A DNA stretch of 64,000 nt from Patescibacteria group bacterium (GCA_041651195.1 JBAZJR010000002.1:117857-181856), one strand, 5' to 3'; shown: positions 53,982 to 63,428, numbered from the stretch's first letter. Translations and numbers: made by a program. Notes: a model not told the origin generated them from the letters alone.

Positions 53982-55049
53982 TTAAATAATCTTTTTAATA
54001 ATCTGCCAATATAGGTTGAATGCCGGGTTGACTAAATATTTCAATAACGGGTTAGCGATTTCCTGGAACTCGATCCGGCCGGCGAAATCTCTAGCTAGGG
54101 TGGCAAATGGGATGACGCTTAAATTTCTAATTTTCCGGCGCGCCGCAATAATCCGGGCATAAGTTGAAAAGCGAAAAAAATAGCCATAAATCTTCAGTTC
54201 CGCTTTGAACCAATGGTTCACTAACGAATACGCCGCCATCCCCAAATCCATCAGCAGCCACGGCAGTCCAATGAAAAATAACAGATAGGGCGGATAAAAA
54301 GACAGGATGGCCAGATAACGGTTACGCTCCATATAGTATACCATGCCGACGCTCCGGGAAAATTCATATTTATGGAAAACTACGGACTGCGGCGCCAAAA
54401 TGATCTTATAGCCGGCCAGCTTCACTTTCAAGCTCAGCTCCAAGTCATCATGATACATGTAATATTCTTCGTCATAAGCGCCGACTTTCTGGAAGGCGGC
54501 GGCGCGGATAATGAATGAGCAGCCGCTGGCATAGCCCTTAATCTCCGGATAACCGGAGATTTCTCGGTCTAGCTCGCCGTAGCCGTCCGTAAAGCCGAAA
54601 CCTAAAAAATGGATGATATTGCCCAAGCTATTGATCCGCAGGGGCTCGTTACCTGCGGGATCTTTTGGATAAAGCAATATCTTAGATTGAGCGATCGCCG
54701 CCGTCGGGTTCTCCTCCAGAGCCCGGGCTAATCCACTCAGCCAATCAGGACACATTTCCGTATCCATATTGACCGTTACCAGATATTCGCAGCCGTCTAA
54801 AATAGCCTGATGAAAACCGAGATTATTGGCCGCGGCATAATTGCCGTCTGATCGCGGCAGAATCAACGCTTCCGGATAATTATTTTTCAAATAAGCGCCG
54901 GACTCAGGCGTAGCCGCATTATCGACTAGATAGATGTGGATAAGATCAGCCGGGTAATCTTGCGCGCGCAAAGAATCACGGCAGGCCGCTAAGAATCTCG
55001 CCGCGTAATCTTTATAATTTACTAAAATTATCCCGACTTTCTTTGGCAT
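53982..55049 (-). CDS. family 2 glycosyltransferase with a C-terminal membrane region
   Basis: 355 aa with 'VGIILVNYKD', 'VDNAATPES' and 'VNMDTEM', plus hydrophobic helices near residues 240-290. Confidence 0.8.
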   Translation of the reverse strand: MPKKVGIILVNYKDYAARFLAACRDSLRAQDYPADLIHIYLVDNAATPESGAYLKNNYPEALILPRSDGNYAAANNLGFHQAILDGCEYLVTVNMDTEMCPDWLSGLARALEENPTAAIAQSKILLYPKDPAGNEPLRINSLGNIIHFLGFGFTDGYGELDREISGYPEIKGYASGCSFIIRAAAFQKVGAYDEEYYMYHDDLELSLKVKLAGYKIILAPQSVVFHKYEFSRSVGMVYYMERNRYLAILSFYPPYLLFFIGLPWLLMDLGMAAYSLVNHWFKAELKIYGYFFRFSTYARIIAARRKIRNLSVIPFATLARDFAGRIEFQEIANPLLKYLVNPAFNLYWQIIKKII

Positions 55050-55053
55050 GTAA

Positions 55054-55890
55054 TCATTTTATAAATAGCCCGATAAGGCTCCAAGCGATCCGAAGAGCCC
55101 GATATTGCCAGCGCGGCTCCCATTTTTCGAAATACTTCAACATCGAATCGCGGAAATACTGCTGGCCCTGCGCTCTCTTAATCTGTTTAAAACTTTGGCC
55201 GACATAATCTAGACAGGCCGCTGCCGGCGTATACCAGATCTCGCCGCCCGCTGCCTTGACCTGACGACAAAAATCAACTTCTTCAAACCAAATAAAATAG
55301 CGTTCATCCAAGAGCGGCGGCTGCCCGCCGCTGATCCGCTGGTAAGCTTCACGATTAATGAGAAAAAGTGCGCCACGGATAGAATCGACTGCGGCGGCCG
55401 TCTCATAATCAAAACCAGAACATAAATAGCCATTAACTACCGCTGGAAACAAATGCGGAATCTTTAAAGTAACCATCAGTTGGTCGAAAAAGCGCGGGAA
55501 ACGGCGAACCTGACGAATTATTTTTCCTTCACTATCGATCAATTTACAACCGATGACAGTCGCTTGCGGATTATTCCTAGCCCAAGCTAAAATTTTTTCC
55601 AGGGTATCTGCCTCCACTCGCATATCCGGATTGAGCAATAAGGTGAACCGCCCGGACGCTGAACGCAGAGCTTGATTATTCGCCGCCGCGAAACCGCGGT
55701 TTTCCTGATTCGCAATCAATTTGACGCCAGGAAATTCTGTCCGGACCATTTCAGCGCTGCCGTCAGCCGAACCATTGTCGACCACGTAGATTTCTAATCG
55801 AAGGCTGCCCGCCGAGGCTAGCAAAGCTGACAGATTAGCTCTTAATTTTTCCCGGACCTGCCAGGAAACGATGATCACCGATAAATCCAT
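55054..55890 (-). CDS. family 2 glycosyltransferase
   Basis: 278 aa with 'MDLSVIIVSWQ', 'VDNGSADGS' and 'LNPDMRV'. Confidence 0.85.
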   Translation of the reverse strand: MDLSVIIVSWQVREKLRANLSALLASAGSLRLEIYVVDNGSADGSAEMVRTEFPGVKLIANQENRGFAAANNQALRSASGRFTLLLNPDMRVEADTLEKILAWARNNPQATVIGCKLIDSEGKIIRQVRRFPRFFDQLMVTLKIPHLFPAVVNGYLCSGFDYETAAAVDSIRGALFLINREAYQRISGGQPPLLDERYFIWFEEVDFCRQVKAAGGEIWYTPAAACLDYVGQSFKQIKRAQGQQYFRDSMLKYFEKWEPRWQYRALRIAWSLIGLFIK

Positions 55891-55909
55891 AAAATATTAG
55901 CGGCTGACC

Positions 55910-56176
55910 TTAGCGGCTGACCTTGATTAATTTTAACCTTTCGCCGATGCCGCTGATAATTTTAACCTGATATTTACGCACGCCGAGCTGGGCGGCTAAA
56001 AATTTGATCAGCTCCTGATTGGCGCGGCCTTTCTCCGGCGCGGCAGCGACGGCTATCTTGATCGTCCCGTCCGCCATCTTATCTAAAAAACCGGTCGCGC
56101 CGGCCCCGGGGACAACCTTAATTCTAAAGTAAATTTCTTTATTATTAGCTAAATTATCAATATATTCTTCTAACAT
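55910..56176 (-). CDS. DUF167 (YggU) family protein
   Basis: 88 aa with 'VVPGAGATGF', 'IKIAVAAAPEKGRANQELIKFLA' and 'VKIISG'. Confidence 0.8.
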   Translation of the reverse strand: MLEEYIDNLANNKEIYFRIKVVPGAGATGFLDKMADGTIKIAVAAAPEKGRANQELIKFLAAQLGVRKYQVKIISGIGERLKLIKVSR

Positions 56177-56358
56177 AACAAGAGATGTTTGGCCAGCGGT
56201 TAATCGAGCTAAATCCTACCTTTATTCTAACCCCTTTCCCTGCTTTTTAAAAGGCCGGTTGGAACATAAAACATTATCTGTCAAGATTTATTTTATTTAA
56301 ATAATAGGTTAAAATATATTTACTTTAAAGCTTTAAAAAACCTTTTTATACAAACTAT

Positions 56359-56883
56359 ATGAACGCCGAAAATGCAGTCAAAGACGAGGGCAAGAAAGAG
56401 CCTTATCAGCGGCCGTCTTGGGATGAATATTTTTTGAAAATAGTAGAAATGGTGGGCAGCCGCGGCACTTGCGACCGTTTCCGCGGCGGTTGCGTCATCA
56501 CTCGCGACCGGCGGATCATCGCCACCGGCTATAACGGCTCGCCGGTCGGCCTGCCGCACTGCGATGAAGTCGGGCATGAAATGCATACGGTCACGAACGA
56601 AGATGGCACAACCAGCCGCCACTGCATCCGGACGACGCACGCTGAACAGAACGCTATCTGCGAAGCGGCGCGCATGGGGATAGCTCTCGACGGCGGCACA
56701 CTCTACTGCCAGATGACGCCTTGCTACGTCTGCGCCAAGATGATCATCAATGCCGGCATCAAACGCGTCGTCGTTTCCCAGGATTACCACGCCGGCAACC
56801 GGAGCAAAGAGATATTCAAGGAAGCCGGCGTAGAATTCATCCAGCTCTCGGAAACAATGACGACTTACGCGGATATGAAATAA
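56359..56883 (+). CDS. deoxycytidylate (dCMP) deaminase
   Basis: 174 aa. Zinc motifs 'HAEQNAI' and 'PCYVCAKMIINAG'; N-terminal 'PSWDEYFL' is typical of dCMP deaminases. Confidence 0.88.
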   Translation: MNAENAVKDEGKKEPYQRPSWDEYFLKIVEMVGSRGTCDRFRGGCVITRDRRIIATGYNGSPVGLPHCDEVGHEMHTVTNEDGTTSRHCIRTTHAEQNAICEAARMGIALDGGTLYCQMTPCYVCAKMIINAGIKRVVVSQDYHAGNRSKEIFKEAGVEFIQLSETMTTYADMK

Positions 56884-56893
56884 CTATAAATTT

Positions 56894-58183
56894 ATGTCTA
56901 ACATATTCATCTACGACGAATTCAATCCGGAAGATACCGCGATGATGCAGGCCTTATATTCCCGTAGCCCCAAAAGCGTGACAGAACACGTCGAAAAGGT
57001 GAAAAAAAGCGGCTCCGGTAAATTCATGGAGACTTTTTATGTCGGCTACGGACATGCAAGCATCGCCGACTGCGGCAGCACGACGATATTCATAGAAGAT
57101 ATCAGCATTCTAGGCGACAAGGCGATCCAAGACTGGCCGCTTTATAGCGGACAAGAAACTAGCACGCGCTATATCGATATGGGCCAACGAGCCATCATCG
57201 ATCCGCTCAGGACGCCGGAATCTAAAAATATCCTGGATAGCTGGATGAAGTTCTATATCGCTAACCAGGAAAAGATCCAGGCTTATCTTAAGACCAAATA
57301 CCCCCGGCAAGCCGATGAAGACGAAAATGTCTATAATAAGGCGATCAAGGCGCGCGGCTTTGATACGCTGCGCGGTTTTTTGCCGGCGGGGATAACGACC
57401 CAATTAAGCTGGCATACTAATCTGCGCCAAGCTTGGGATCATGTCGCCCTATTGCGCCACCACCCGCTCGCGGAGGTCCGCCAGGCAGCGGAGCTGATCT
57501 TGGAAAAATTGAAAGAAAAATATCCGCACAGCTTCACCTTTGTCCCTAACGCCGCCCAAGAGGAATATCGCGAACGAATCGTCAATGAATATAGCTATTT
57601 TACCACGAATAAATCGGAAAATTTCTCTATGGCCACGACCATCAAAAACGAAGAATTAAAAAAATATCAAAAAATCATCGATGAGCGGCCGCTCAAAACC
57701 GGGCTGCCGATCTTCTTAGGCGATTTAGGCACCATTACTTTTAATTTCCGACTAGATTTTGGATCTTTCCGCGACATTCAGCGCCATCGGAACGGAATCT
57801 GCCGCATGCCCCTCCTAACGACCGGCTTAGGGTTCAACGCTTGGTATCTTGAGCAATTGCCGGAAGAGATGCGCGCCGAAGCCTTGGAACTGATCGCCGC
57901 TCAAAAACAAGCGATTGATCGCCTCTCCGCGACGCCGGAAATCAAACAGTATTACATTGCGATCGGATTCGATGTCGCCTGCCAATTTACTTTCGCTTTG
58001 CCTGCCGCCGTCTACGTGACCGAACTACGCTCTAACCGGACTGTCCATCCCTCGTTGCGCTCTATCGCCCATAGGATGCACGGCGCTTTGCAAATGAACT
58101 TCCCTAATTTAAAATTATATACCGATCTCGACCTCGACGACTGGGACGTCAGGCGCGGATTAGCGGATATCATTAAAAAATAA
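56894..58183 (+). CDS. thyX: long-form flavin-dependent thymidylate synthase ThyX-like
   Basis: 429 aa. The N-half has 'GYGHASIADCG' and 'LYSGQETSTRY' (S..S.RY part of the ThyX signature). The C-half has 'FRDIQRHRNG' (RHR) and 'ELRSNRTVHPSLR'. Confidence 0.75.
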   Translation: MSNIFIYDEFNPEDTAMMQALYSRSPKSVTEHVEKVKKSGSGKFMETFYVGYGHASIADCGSTTIFIEDISILGDKAIQDWPLYSGQETSTRYIDMGQRAIIDPLRTPESKNILDSWMKFYIANQEKIQAYLKTKYPRQADEDENVYNKAIKARGFDTLRGFLPAGITTQLSWHTNLRQAWDHVALLRHHPLAEVRQAAELILEKLKEKYPHSFTFVPNAAQEEYRERIVNEYSYFTTNKSENFSMATTIKNEELKKYQKIIDERPLKTGLPIFLGDLGTITFNFRLDFGSFRDIQRHRNGICRMPLLTTGLGFNAWYLEQLPEEMRAEALELIAAQKQAIDRLSATPEIKQYYIAIGFDVACQFTFALPAAVYVTELRSNRTVHPSLRSIAHRMHGALQMNFPNLKLYTDLDLDDWDVRRGLADIIKK

Positions 58184-58185
58184 TT

Positions 58186-58743
58186 ATGCCTAAAATCATC
58201 CTCGGTTTTGTCGGTCAGATCGCCAGCGGCAAAGACGTCAGTAAAAAATATCTGGAAGAGAAATATAGCGCTTCCAGCTATCGTTACTCTACTGTCTTGC
58301 GCGATATCCTCAAGCGCCTCTACCTGCCGGTAGACCGCAATAATATGCAAAATCTGTCTCTGGATCTGCGGACGCGCTTCGGCGGAGACCTCTTAGCCCG
58401 GGTCATTATTGAAGACGTAGCGGGAGACCAGAACGAAATAGTCATCGTCGACGGCGTTAGGCGCCTGGAGGATGTCACTAGTCTGACAAAAAAATTTCCT
58501 GATCTCTATATTATCAGTATTGACGCGAGCCCGGAAATCCGCTATAACAGAGTGATTAAACGCAACGAAAATATCGGGGACCGAGACAAGACTTTTGAGC
58601 AATTTATCCAAGACGGCCAGGCCGAAGCGGAAAGAGAGATAACGACGGTCATGGCTGCCGCCCAATACCGACTGGATAATAATGGGACATTAGAAGAATT
58701 ATATCGACAATTAGACCAGATCATTACGGCCATCAAAAAATAA
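58186..58743 (+). CDS. P-loop nucleotide/nucleoside-monophosphate kinase-like protein
   Basis: 185 aa with Walker A 'GQIASGKD' and 'VIVDGVRR'. It starts 2 nt after the thyX-like stop. Confidence 0.6.
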   Translation: MPKIILGFVGQIASGKDVSKKYLEEKYSASSYRYSTVLRDILKRLYLPVDRNNMQNLSLDLRTRFGGDLLARVIIEDVAGDQNEIVIVDGVRRLEDVTSLTKKFPDLYIISIDASPEIRYNRVIKRNENIGDRDKTFEQFIQDGQAEAEREITTVMAAAQYRLDNNGTLEELYRQLDQIITAIKK

Positions 58744-58753
58744 AGACGAAAAT

Positions 58754-59992
58754 ATGAACTTGACGCCGGGAAAATTCATCGTCATCGACGGCACAGATGG
58801 GAGCGGCAAGACCACTCAGCTGAAACTTCTGAAAAGCCGCCTGGAAGAGGCTGGTTTAGTCGTGGCTATGGCTGATTTCCCACAATATAATACGAAATCG
58901 GCCGGCCTGGTGGAAGAGTATTTATCCGGCAAATACGGCAAAGCGGAAGAAATTGACGCTTATAAGGCGTCGATCTTCTACGCTGTCGACCGTTATGACG
59001 CCAGCTTCCAGATTAGGCGTTGGCTAGCCGAAGGCAAAATCGTCCTCTCTAACCGCTATACCAGCGCCAATATGGGGCACCAGGGCGCTAAGATCGCCAA
59101 TCCGCTGGAACGAAAAGTATTTTTCAATTGGCTTTATGATTTAGAATATAAGATCTTCGAGATTCCCCGTCCGGATCTGTCGATCATCCTTCATGTGGAG
59201 GCGGATCTCGCCCAGAGGCTGGCGCAAGAGCGCGGCCGCACCGATTGGAACGGCAAAACTACGGATATCCATGAAGAAAACCTCGACCATCTACAGAAAG
59301 CGGAGCAGATTTATCTGGAAATCGCGGCCAGCTTTACGGATTTCAAGCTGATCAACTGCACTAAGAACGGCCGTATCTTGGATCGCGAAGAAGTCAGCCT
59401 CCTGATCTGGCCAGCGGTCAACCGTATCTTGGACGGCCAAACCAATAATCAAGATTTCCAATCGATCGGCAATATTATCGGCGGTAACCGGCAAATCGTG
59501 AATAATCGGGAAGCTGTCTTTGAACGGCCGCCAGTAGCCGAAAAGCCATCAGCCGCCCCGGCGGTGCCGGGCATCCTCAAAGTAGAGAGGCTTAACGCCC
59601 AAGCGAAACTCCCGCAGAAAGCGCATCCGGGCGATGCGGCCTATGACTTATACGCCAACGATTACTACTCGATCGCTCCTTACGCCCAGGCCTTAGTCTC
59701 GACCGGCCTGAAGCTGGCTATTCCGGACGGACAAGTCGGCCTGATCTGGGATAAAAGCGGACTGGCAGCCACTGGCATCACAATGCTCGGCGGCGTAATC
59801 GACTCTAATTACCGCGGCGAGATCAAGATCGTCGTCAAAAACCTCAGCGAAGAAATCTTTAATATCACGGCCGGACAAAAAATCGCCCAAATCCTGATTC
59901 AGACAGTCAGCGATTTAGAAGTACGGGAAGAAAAAATCGAAGATGAAACAGCCCGAGCCAGCAAAGGTTTCGGCAGTTCTGGTAAATTCTAA
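58754..59992 (+). CDS. tmk: thymidylate kinase - dUTPase fusion protein
   Basis: 412 aa. The N-half has 'IVIDGTDGSGKTTQ' and 'AVDRYDAS' (Tmk). The C-half has 'AAYDLYA', 'GVIDSNYRGEIKIV' and 'RASKGFGSSG' (dUTPase motifs). Confidence 0.85.
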   Translation: MNLTPGKFIVIDGTDGSGKTTQLKLLKSRLEEAGLVVAMADFPQYNTKSAGLVEEYLSGKYGKAEEIDAYKASIFYAVDRYDASFQIRRWLAEGKIVLSNRYTSANMGHQGAKIANPLERKVFFNWLYDLEYKIFEIPRPDLSIILHVEADLAQRLAQERGRTDWNGKTTDIHEENLDHLQKAEQIYLEIAASFTDFKLINCTKNGRILDREEVSLLIWPAVNRILDGQTNNQDFQSIGNIIGGNRQIVNNREAVFERPPVAEKPSAAPAVPGILKVERLNAQAKLPQKAHPGDAAYDLYANDYYSIAPYAQALVSTGLKLAIPDGQVGLIWDKSGLAATGITMLGGVIDSNYRGEIKIVVKNLSEEIFNITAGQKIAQILIQTVSDLEVREEKIEDETARASKGFGSSGKF

Positions 59993-60011
59993 GATTTGCT
60001 ATAATATAACC

Positions 60012-61520
60012 ATGAAATATGACGTCATCATCGGCCTGGAAATCCATGCCGAGCTGAAAACCAAGAGCAAGATGTTCTGCGCTTGCGATAATGAATCAGA
60101 GGGTAAGGCGCCGAATACGACCGTCTGCCCGATTTGCCTCGGCCACCCCGGCACTCTCCCCGTCCCGAACAAGCAAGCGATCGATTGGACGATCCTGACC
60201 GGCCTGGCTTTGCATTGCAAGATCAACCGGATTTCTAAATTCGACCGAAAAAATTATTTTTACCCGGATCTGCCCAAAGGCTACCAGATATCGCAATATG
60301 ACCAGCCGCTCGCTTATGACGGCTATCTCGAAGTAGACGACGACAAAGTCCTGATTACCCGTATCCACCTGGAGGAAGATACCGGAAAATCGATCCACTA
60401 TAAGAACCAAAATTACACCCTCTTAGATTTCAACCGGGCCGGCACGCCGCTGATGGAATTAGTCACCGAACCGGTCATCAAGGACGCTGAACAGGCCAAA
60501 AAATTCTGTCAGAGCTATCAACAGATACTGCGCTATCTGCGGATCGCTTCGGCTGATATGGAAAAGGGGGAAATGCGCTGCGAAGCGAATATCAGCCTCC
60601 AGGAAAAAGGCGCTTGGGAATACCAGGACGGCCAGATCCTGCCTAAAAAGAAGGGGTGCCGCTTAAACGCTAAGGTAGAAGTTAAGAACATTAATTCCTT
60701 CCGCGCCGTAGAAAAAGCGATCAATTTTGAAATCAAGCGCCAGACAGAATTATTGGATCAAGGAAAAAAAATTGCCGGCGAAACCCGAGGCTGGGATGAA
60801 AACCGCGGCGAAACATTCAGCCAGCGCGTCAAAGAGACTTCCGCCGATTACCGCTACTTCCCAGAACCAGATATTCCGCCCTTGAAGATAGACGATAATC
60901 TCTTGGCTGACTTGGAATCTAGATTGCCGGAATTACCGCACATCAAGAAACGCCGGTTTATCAGAGAATATAATTTTACGCCAGAAGTGGCGGAAACCTT
61001 AGCGAGCGACCGGGATCTAGCTGCCTGGACCGAAGCTGTCATTTCTGAGTTAGATGCCTGGATCGAAGCTAACGGCGATGAAGAAGAGCGTCAGGAAAGG
61101 AAGCTAGCCAAACACGCGGCCAACTGGATAACCAGCGAATTATTGAAACATCTGAACGCGGACAATAAGAAAATTACGGAATTAAGATTAACCGCCGAAA
61201 ACTTTGCTGAACTGATCTGTCTGATCTATCAGGATAAGATCAATTCTTCCGCCGGCCAAAGGATCCTGGAAAAAATGTATTGGGAGGGCGGCGACCCAAC
61301 CGATATCATGCGCGATCTGGGCTTGGAGCAAATGGATAATACGGCTGAATTAGAAACTGCGGTCCAGAAGATACTCGAGGCTAACCCGGCCCAACTGGAG
61401 CAATACCGCCAAGGAAAGACTAATGTCTTCCAATTCTTGGTCGGCCAGGTCATGGCAGCGACCAAAGGGAAAGCGAACCCAAAAATCGTGAAAGAGATCT
61501 TGGAAAGATTATTAAAATAA
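60012..61520 (+). CDS. gatB: Asp-tRNA(Asn)/Glu-tRNA(Gln) amidotransferase subunit B
   Basis: Start at the ATG at 60012 (MKYDVIIGLEIHAEL). 'VCPICLGHPGTLP', 'RKNYFYPDLPKGYQISQ', 'HLEEDTGK'. Confidence 0.93.
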   Translation: MKYDVIIGLEIHAELKTKSKMFCACDNESEGKAPNTTVCPICLGHPGTLPVPNKQAIDWTILTGLALHCKINRISKFDRKNYFYPDLPKGYQISQYDQPLAYDGYLEVDDDKVLITRIHLEEDTGKSIHYKNQNYTLLDFNRAGTPLMELVTEPVIKDAEQAKKFCQSYQQILRYLRIASADMEKGEMRCEANISLQEKGAWEYQDGQILPKKKGCRLNAKVEVKNINSFRAVEKAINFEIKRQTELLDQGKKIAGETRGWDENRGETFSQRVKETSADYRYFPEPDIPPLKIDDNLLADLESRLPELPHIKKRRFIREYNFTPEVAETLASDRDLAAWTEAVISELDAWIEANGDEEERQERKLAKHAANWITSELLKHLNADNKKITELRLTAENFAELICLIYQDKINSSAGQRILEKMYWEGGDPTDIMRDLGLEQMDNTAELETAVQKILEANPAQLEQYRQGKTNVFQFLVGQVMAATKGKANPKIVKEILERLLK

Positions 61521-61580
61521 TAAAATAAACCACTTAACACGCTGTACTTTTAAATCAACTACTTAGGAGGAACCAGGGCC

Positions 61581-61814
61581 ATGGCTAAAAAACACCAAAC
61601 AGCAGGCAACAAGAAACGTTGTCGACGAAATGTAAAAAAAGATCAAGACGCTGACGACAGACCTTTAAGCCAGGAAGATTTTGAAAATATCAGCGGTCCA
61701 GAGCTCAACGAAATTCTCGAAAATTTTGCGGAAGAACATAATCTTATATCGGATGACGAGCTCCTGAACGGTGAAATATTATCCGAGCAAGAAGATGGAG
61801 ACGAGTTTGACTAA
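61581..61814 (+). CDS. small acidic hypothetical protein
   Basis: 77 aa with an AGGAGG Shine-Dalgarno 10 nt upstream. Basic N-terminus, strongly acidic remainder. Confidence 0.55.
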   Translation: MAKKHQTAGNKKRCRRNVKKDQDADDRPLSQEDFENISGPELNEILENFAEEHNLISDDELLNGEILSEQEDGDEFD

Positions 61815-61842
61815 ATAACGAATCACAATCAACGAGGGAAAA

Positions 61843-62094
61843 ATGAACAACGCCACAGCAGACTCTGATGTATTGGTATAAACCATCGAAGAAGAAGACT
61901 CAGAAGAAGGCTCTACCAACGCAGATTTTAAAAAGACACAAAGCCAACGCCCCGCCCACAGAAGCTTGAGGCTCACCGCCGTCGACAGAGAACTTGGCGG
62001 CCAACCGGATTATCATATCCTACACCGGATATTGCATCCGGAAGAATACAATAACTTTGGTTACGCCGATCGAACCTGCCTAAGATTTGATTAA
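61843..62094 (+). pseudogene. 83-codon reading frame interrupted by one in-frame TAA
   Basis: GAGGG Shine-Dalgarno, then ATG at 61843 and MNNATADSDVLV, then TAA (61879..61881). A further 70 sense codons follow (TIEEEDSEEGST...YADRTCLRFD) to TAA at 62092..62094, with a terminator after that. Confidence 0.3.
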
Positions 62095-62109
62095 AATCCC
62101 ACCGTCACA

Positions 62110-62140
62110 AATCCCGCACCAGTCGGGATTTTTTATTTTT
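62110..62140. terminator. intrinsic terminator
   Basis: Stem aatcccg / cgggatt with a 7-nt loop, followed by TTTTATTTTT. Confidence 0.7.
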
Positions 62141-62172
62141 ATCATCGCCTGATCTGCTAAATCCATCATTTA

Positions 62173-63168
62173 TCACGGCTTGCGCGCCAGCCACCGTTTA
62201 ATTTTTTCCGTCGCTCCCGGGCGATCTTTAATCCACTCGATCCGCGCGCCCTGCGATTGCCAGCGCTTAAACCAGGTTTTCTGCCGCTTGGCGAAACGAT
62301 AAGACGCGAAGCTTAACTTAGCTATCATTTCCTGATAACTGAGCTCGCCTAAAAGATGCTGGCTGATGAACTTATATTCTAAGCCGAATGATTTCAGGCG
62401 CTGCCAAGATAAGCCAGCTTCATGCAAACGCTGGACTTCAGCGACCATCCCTTCTTTTTCTAGGCGCTCCAAGATACGAAATTCAATCCGTTCTCGTAAA
62501 GCCTGGTCTGGCCAGGTCAGGCCGAGCAGCAAGAAATCATAGAGAGGCTCCCTCTTCTTATCCCGGCTCCCTCCGGCTTCAGCTATTTCCAGATAGCGCA
62601 CTAAGCGGCGTGGATTATTCTTATCGCTGTTATTCAGGCGGGCCGCAAAATCAGGCTTCAACTTGCTCAATTCTTCGAAGAGCTCGGCCGCGAATTTCTT
62701 TTCTCTTTCTTTTCTCTTCTGAACGTCCGGACGGATAGCGCTTAATTGATAATTATCGACTAATGCCTGCAGATATAAGCCGCTCCCGCCGACGATGATC
62801 GGCAACTTCCCTTTGCATAAGATTTTCTCTATGGCGGCAAAGGCTGCTTTTTGGTATTTAGCCAGGTCAAATTTCGTTTTCGGGCTGGCAACATCGATCA
62901 GATGATAAGGGGTATTCTTTCCCTTAACCTTATACTCCGCCAAGTCCTTCCCGGTTCCGACGTCCAAACCTTTATAAACCTGGCGGCTGTCGGCGCTGAT
63001 GATTTCTCCCTTAAATTCTAAAGCCAAGCTAACCCCAAGTTTAGTCTTGCCGCTCGCGGTCGTGCCTAAAATGACCAGAACCTTAGATTTGGTGTTTTTG
63101 GCTAACTGTCGCTTGTGGATAACTTTATTTACCATATATACCTGCTGTGCTAAAATTAAACTAACCAA
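62173..63168 (-). CDS. miaA: tRNA dimethylallyltransferase
   Basis: 331-aa ORF; the start may be the internal ATG at 63135. P-loop 'GTTASGKTKLG', 'ISADSRQVYKGLDVGT', 'IVGGSGLY'. Confidence 0.9.
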   Translation of the reverse strand: MVSLILAQQVYMVNKVIHKRQLAKNTKSKVLVILGTTASGKTKLGVSLALEFKGEIISADSRQVYKGLDVGTGKDLAEYKVKGKNTPYHLIDVASPKTKFDLAKYQKAAFAAIEKILCKGKLPIIVGGSGLYLQALVDNYQLSAIRPDVQKRKEREKKFAAELFEELSKLKPDFAARLNNSDKNNPRRLVRYLEIAEAGGSRDKKREPLYDFLLLGLTWPDQALRERIEFRILERLEKEGMVAEVQRLHEAGLSWQRLKSFGLEYKFISQHLLGELSYQEMIAKLSFASYRFAKRQKTWFKRWQSQGARIEWIKDRPGATEKIKRWLARKP

Positions 63169-63261
63169 CAGTCCGTTCTTTCTAAAATCTAAAGGCTATA
63201 TTATAGATCTTAGTCATTGAATGGGGCTAAAACCAATCATAATCTTAATGAGGAGATTATC

Positions 63262-63414
63262 ATGAGAGCAAATTGTTTTAACCCGGCAAACCAATTCATA
63301 AGAGCAAACAATGCGATGAATAATGGTGGCGGATCTGTAAATTTGATGGCAAATTTAGCTAAAGAAAAATTGTTGAATACCGGCGATGTTAATGGTACTT
63401 TTAACAGCAGGTAA
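63262..63414 (+). CDS. small Asn/Gly-rich hypothetical peptide
   Basis: GAGGAG Shine-Dalgarno 6 nt upstream of the ATG at 63262; 50 aa: MRANCFNPANQFIRANNAMNNGGGSVNLMANLAKEKLLNTGDVNGTFNSR. Confidence 0.4.
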   Translation: MRANCFNPANQFIRANNAMNNGGGSVNLMANLAKEKLLNTGDVNGTFNSR

Positions 63415-63428
63415 CTACAGTCCTTTAT

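Noticed and set aside
56320-56790. 156-aa minus-strand ORF
   Set aside because: It is antisense to the dCMP deaminase gene, which has clear zinc-binding motifs.
63114-63122. Perfect DnaA-box-like 9-mer tgtggataa
   Set aside because: It is a single copy inside the miaA 5' region, with no cluster of boxes or AT-rich unwinding element. It is not evidence for oriC.
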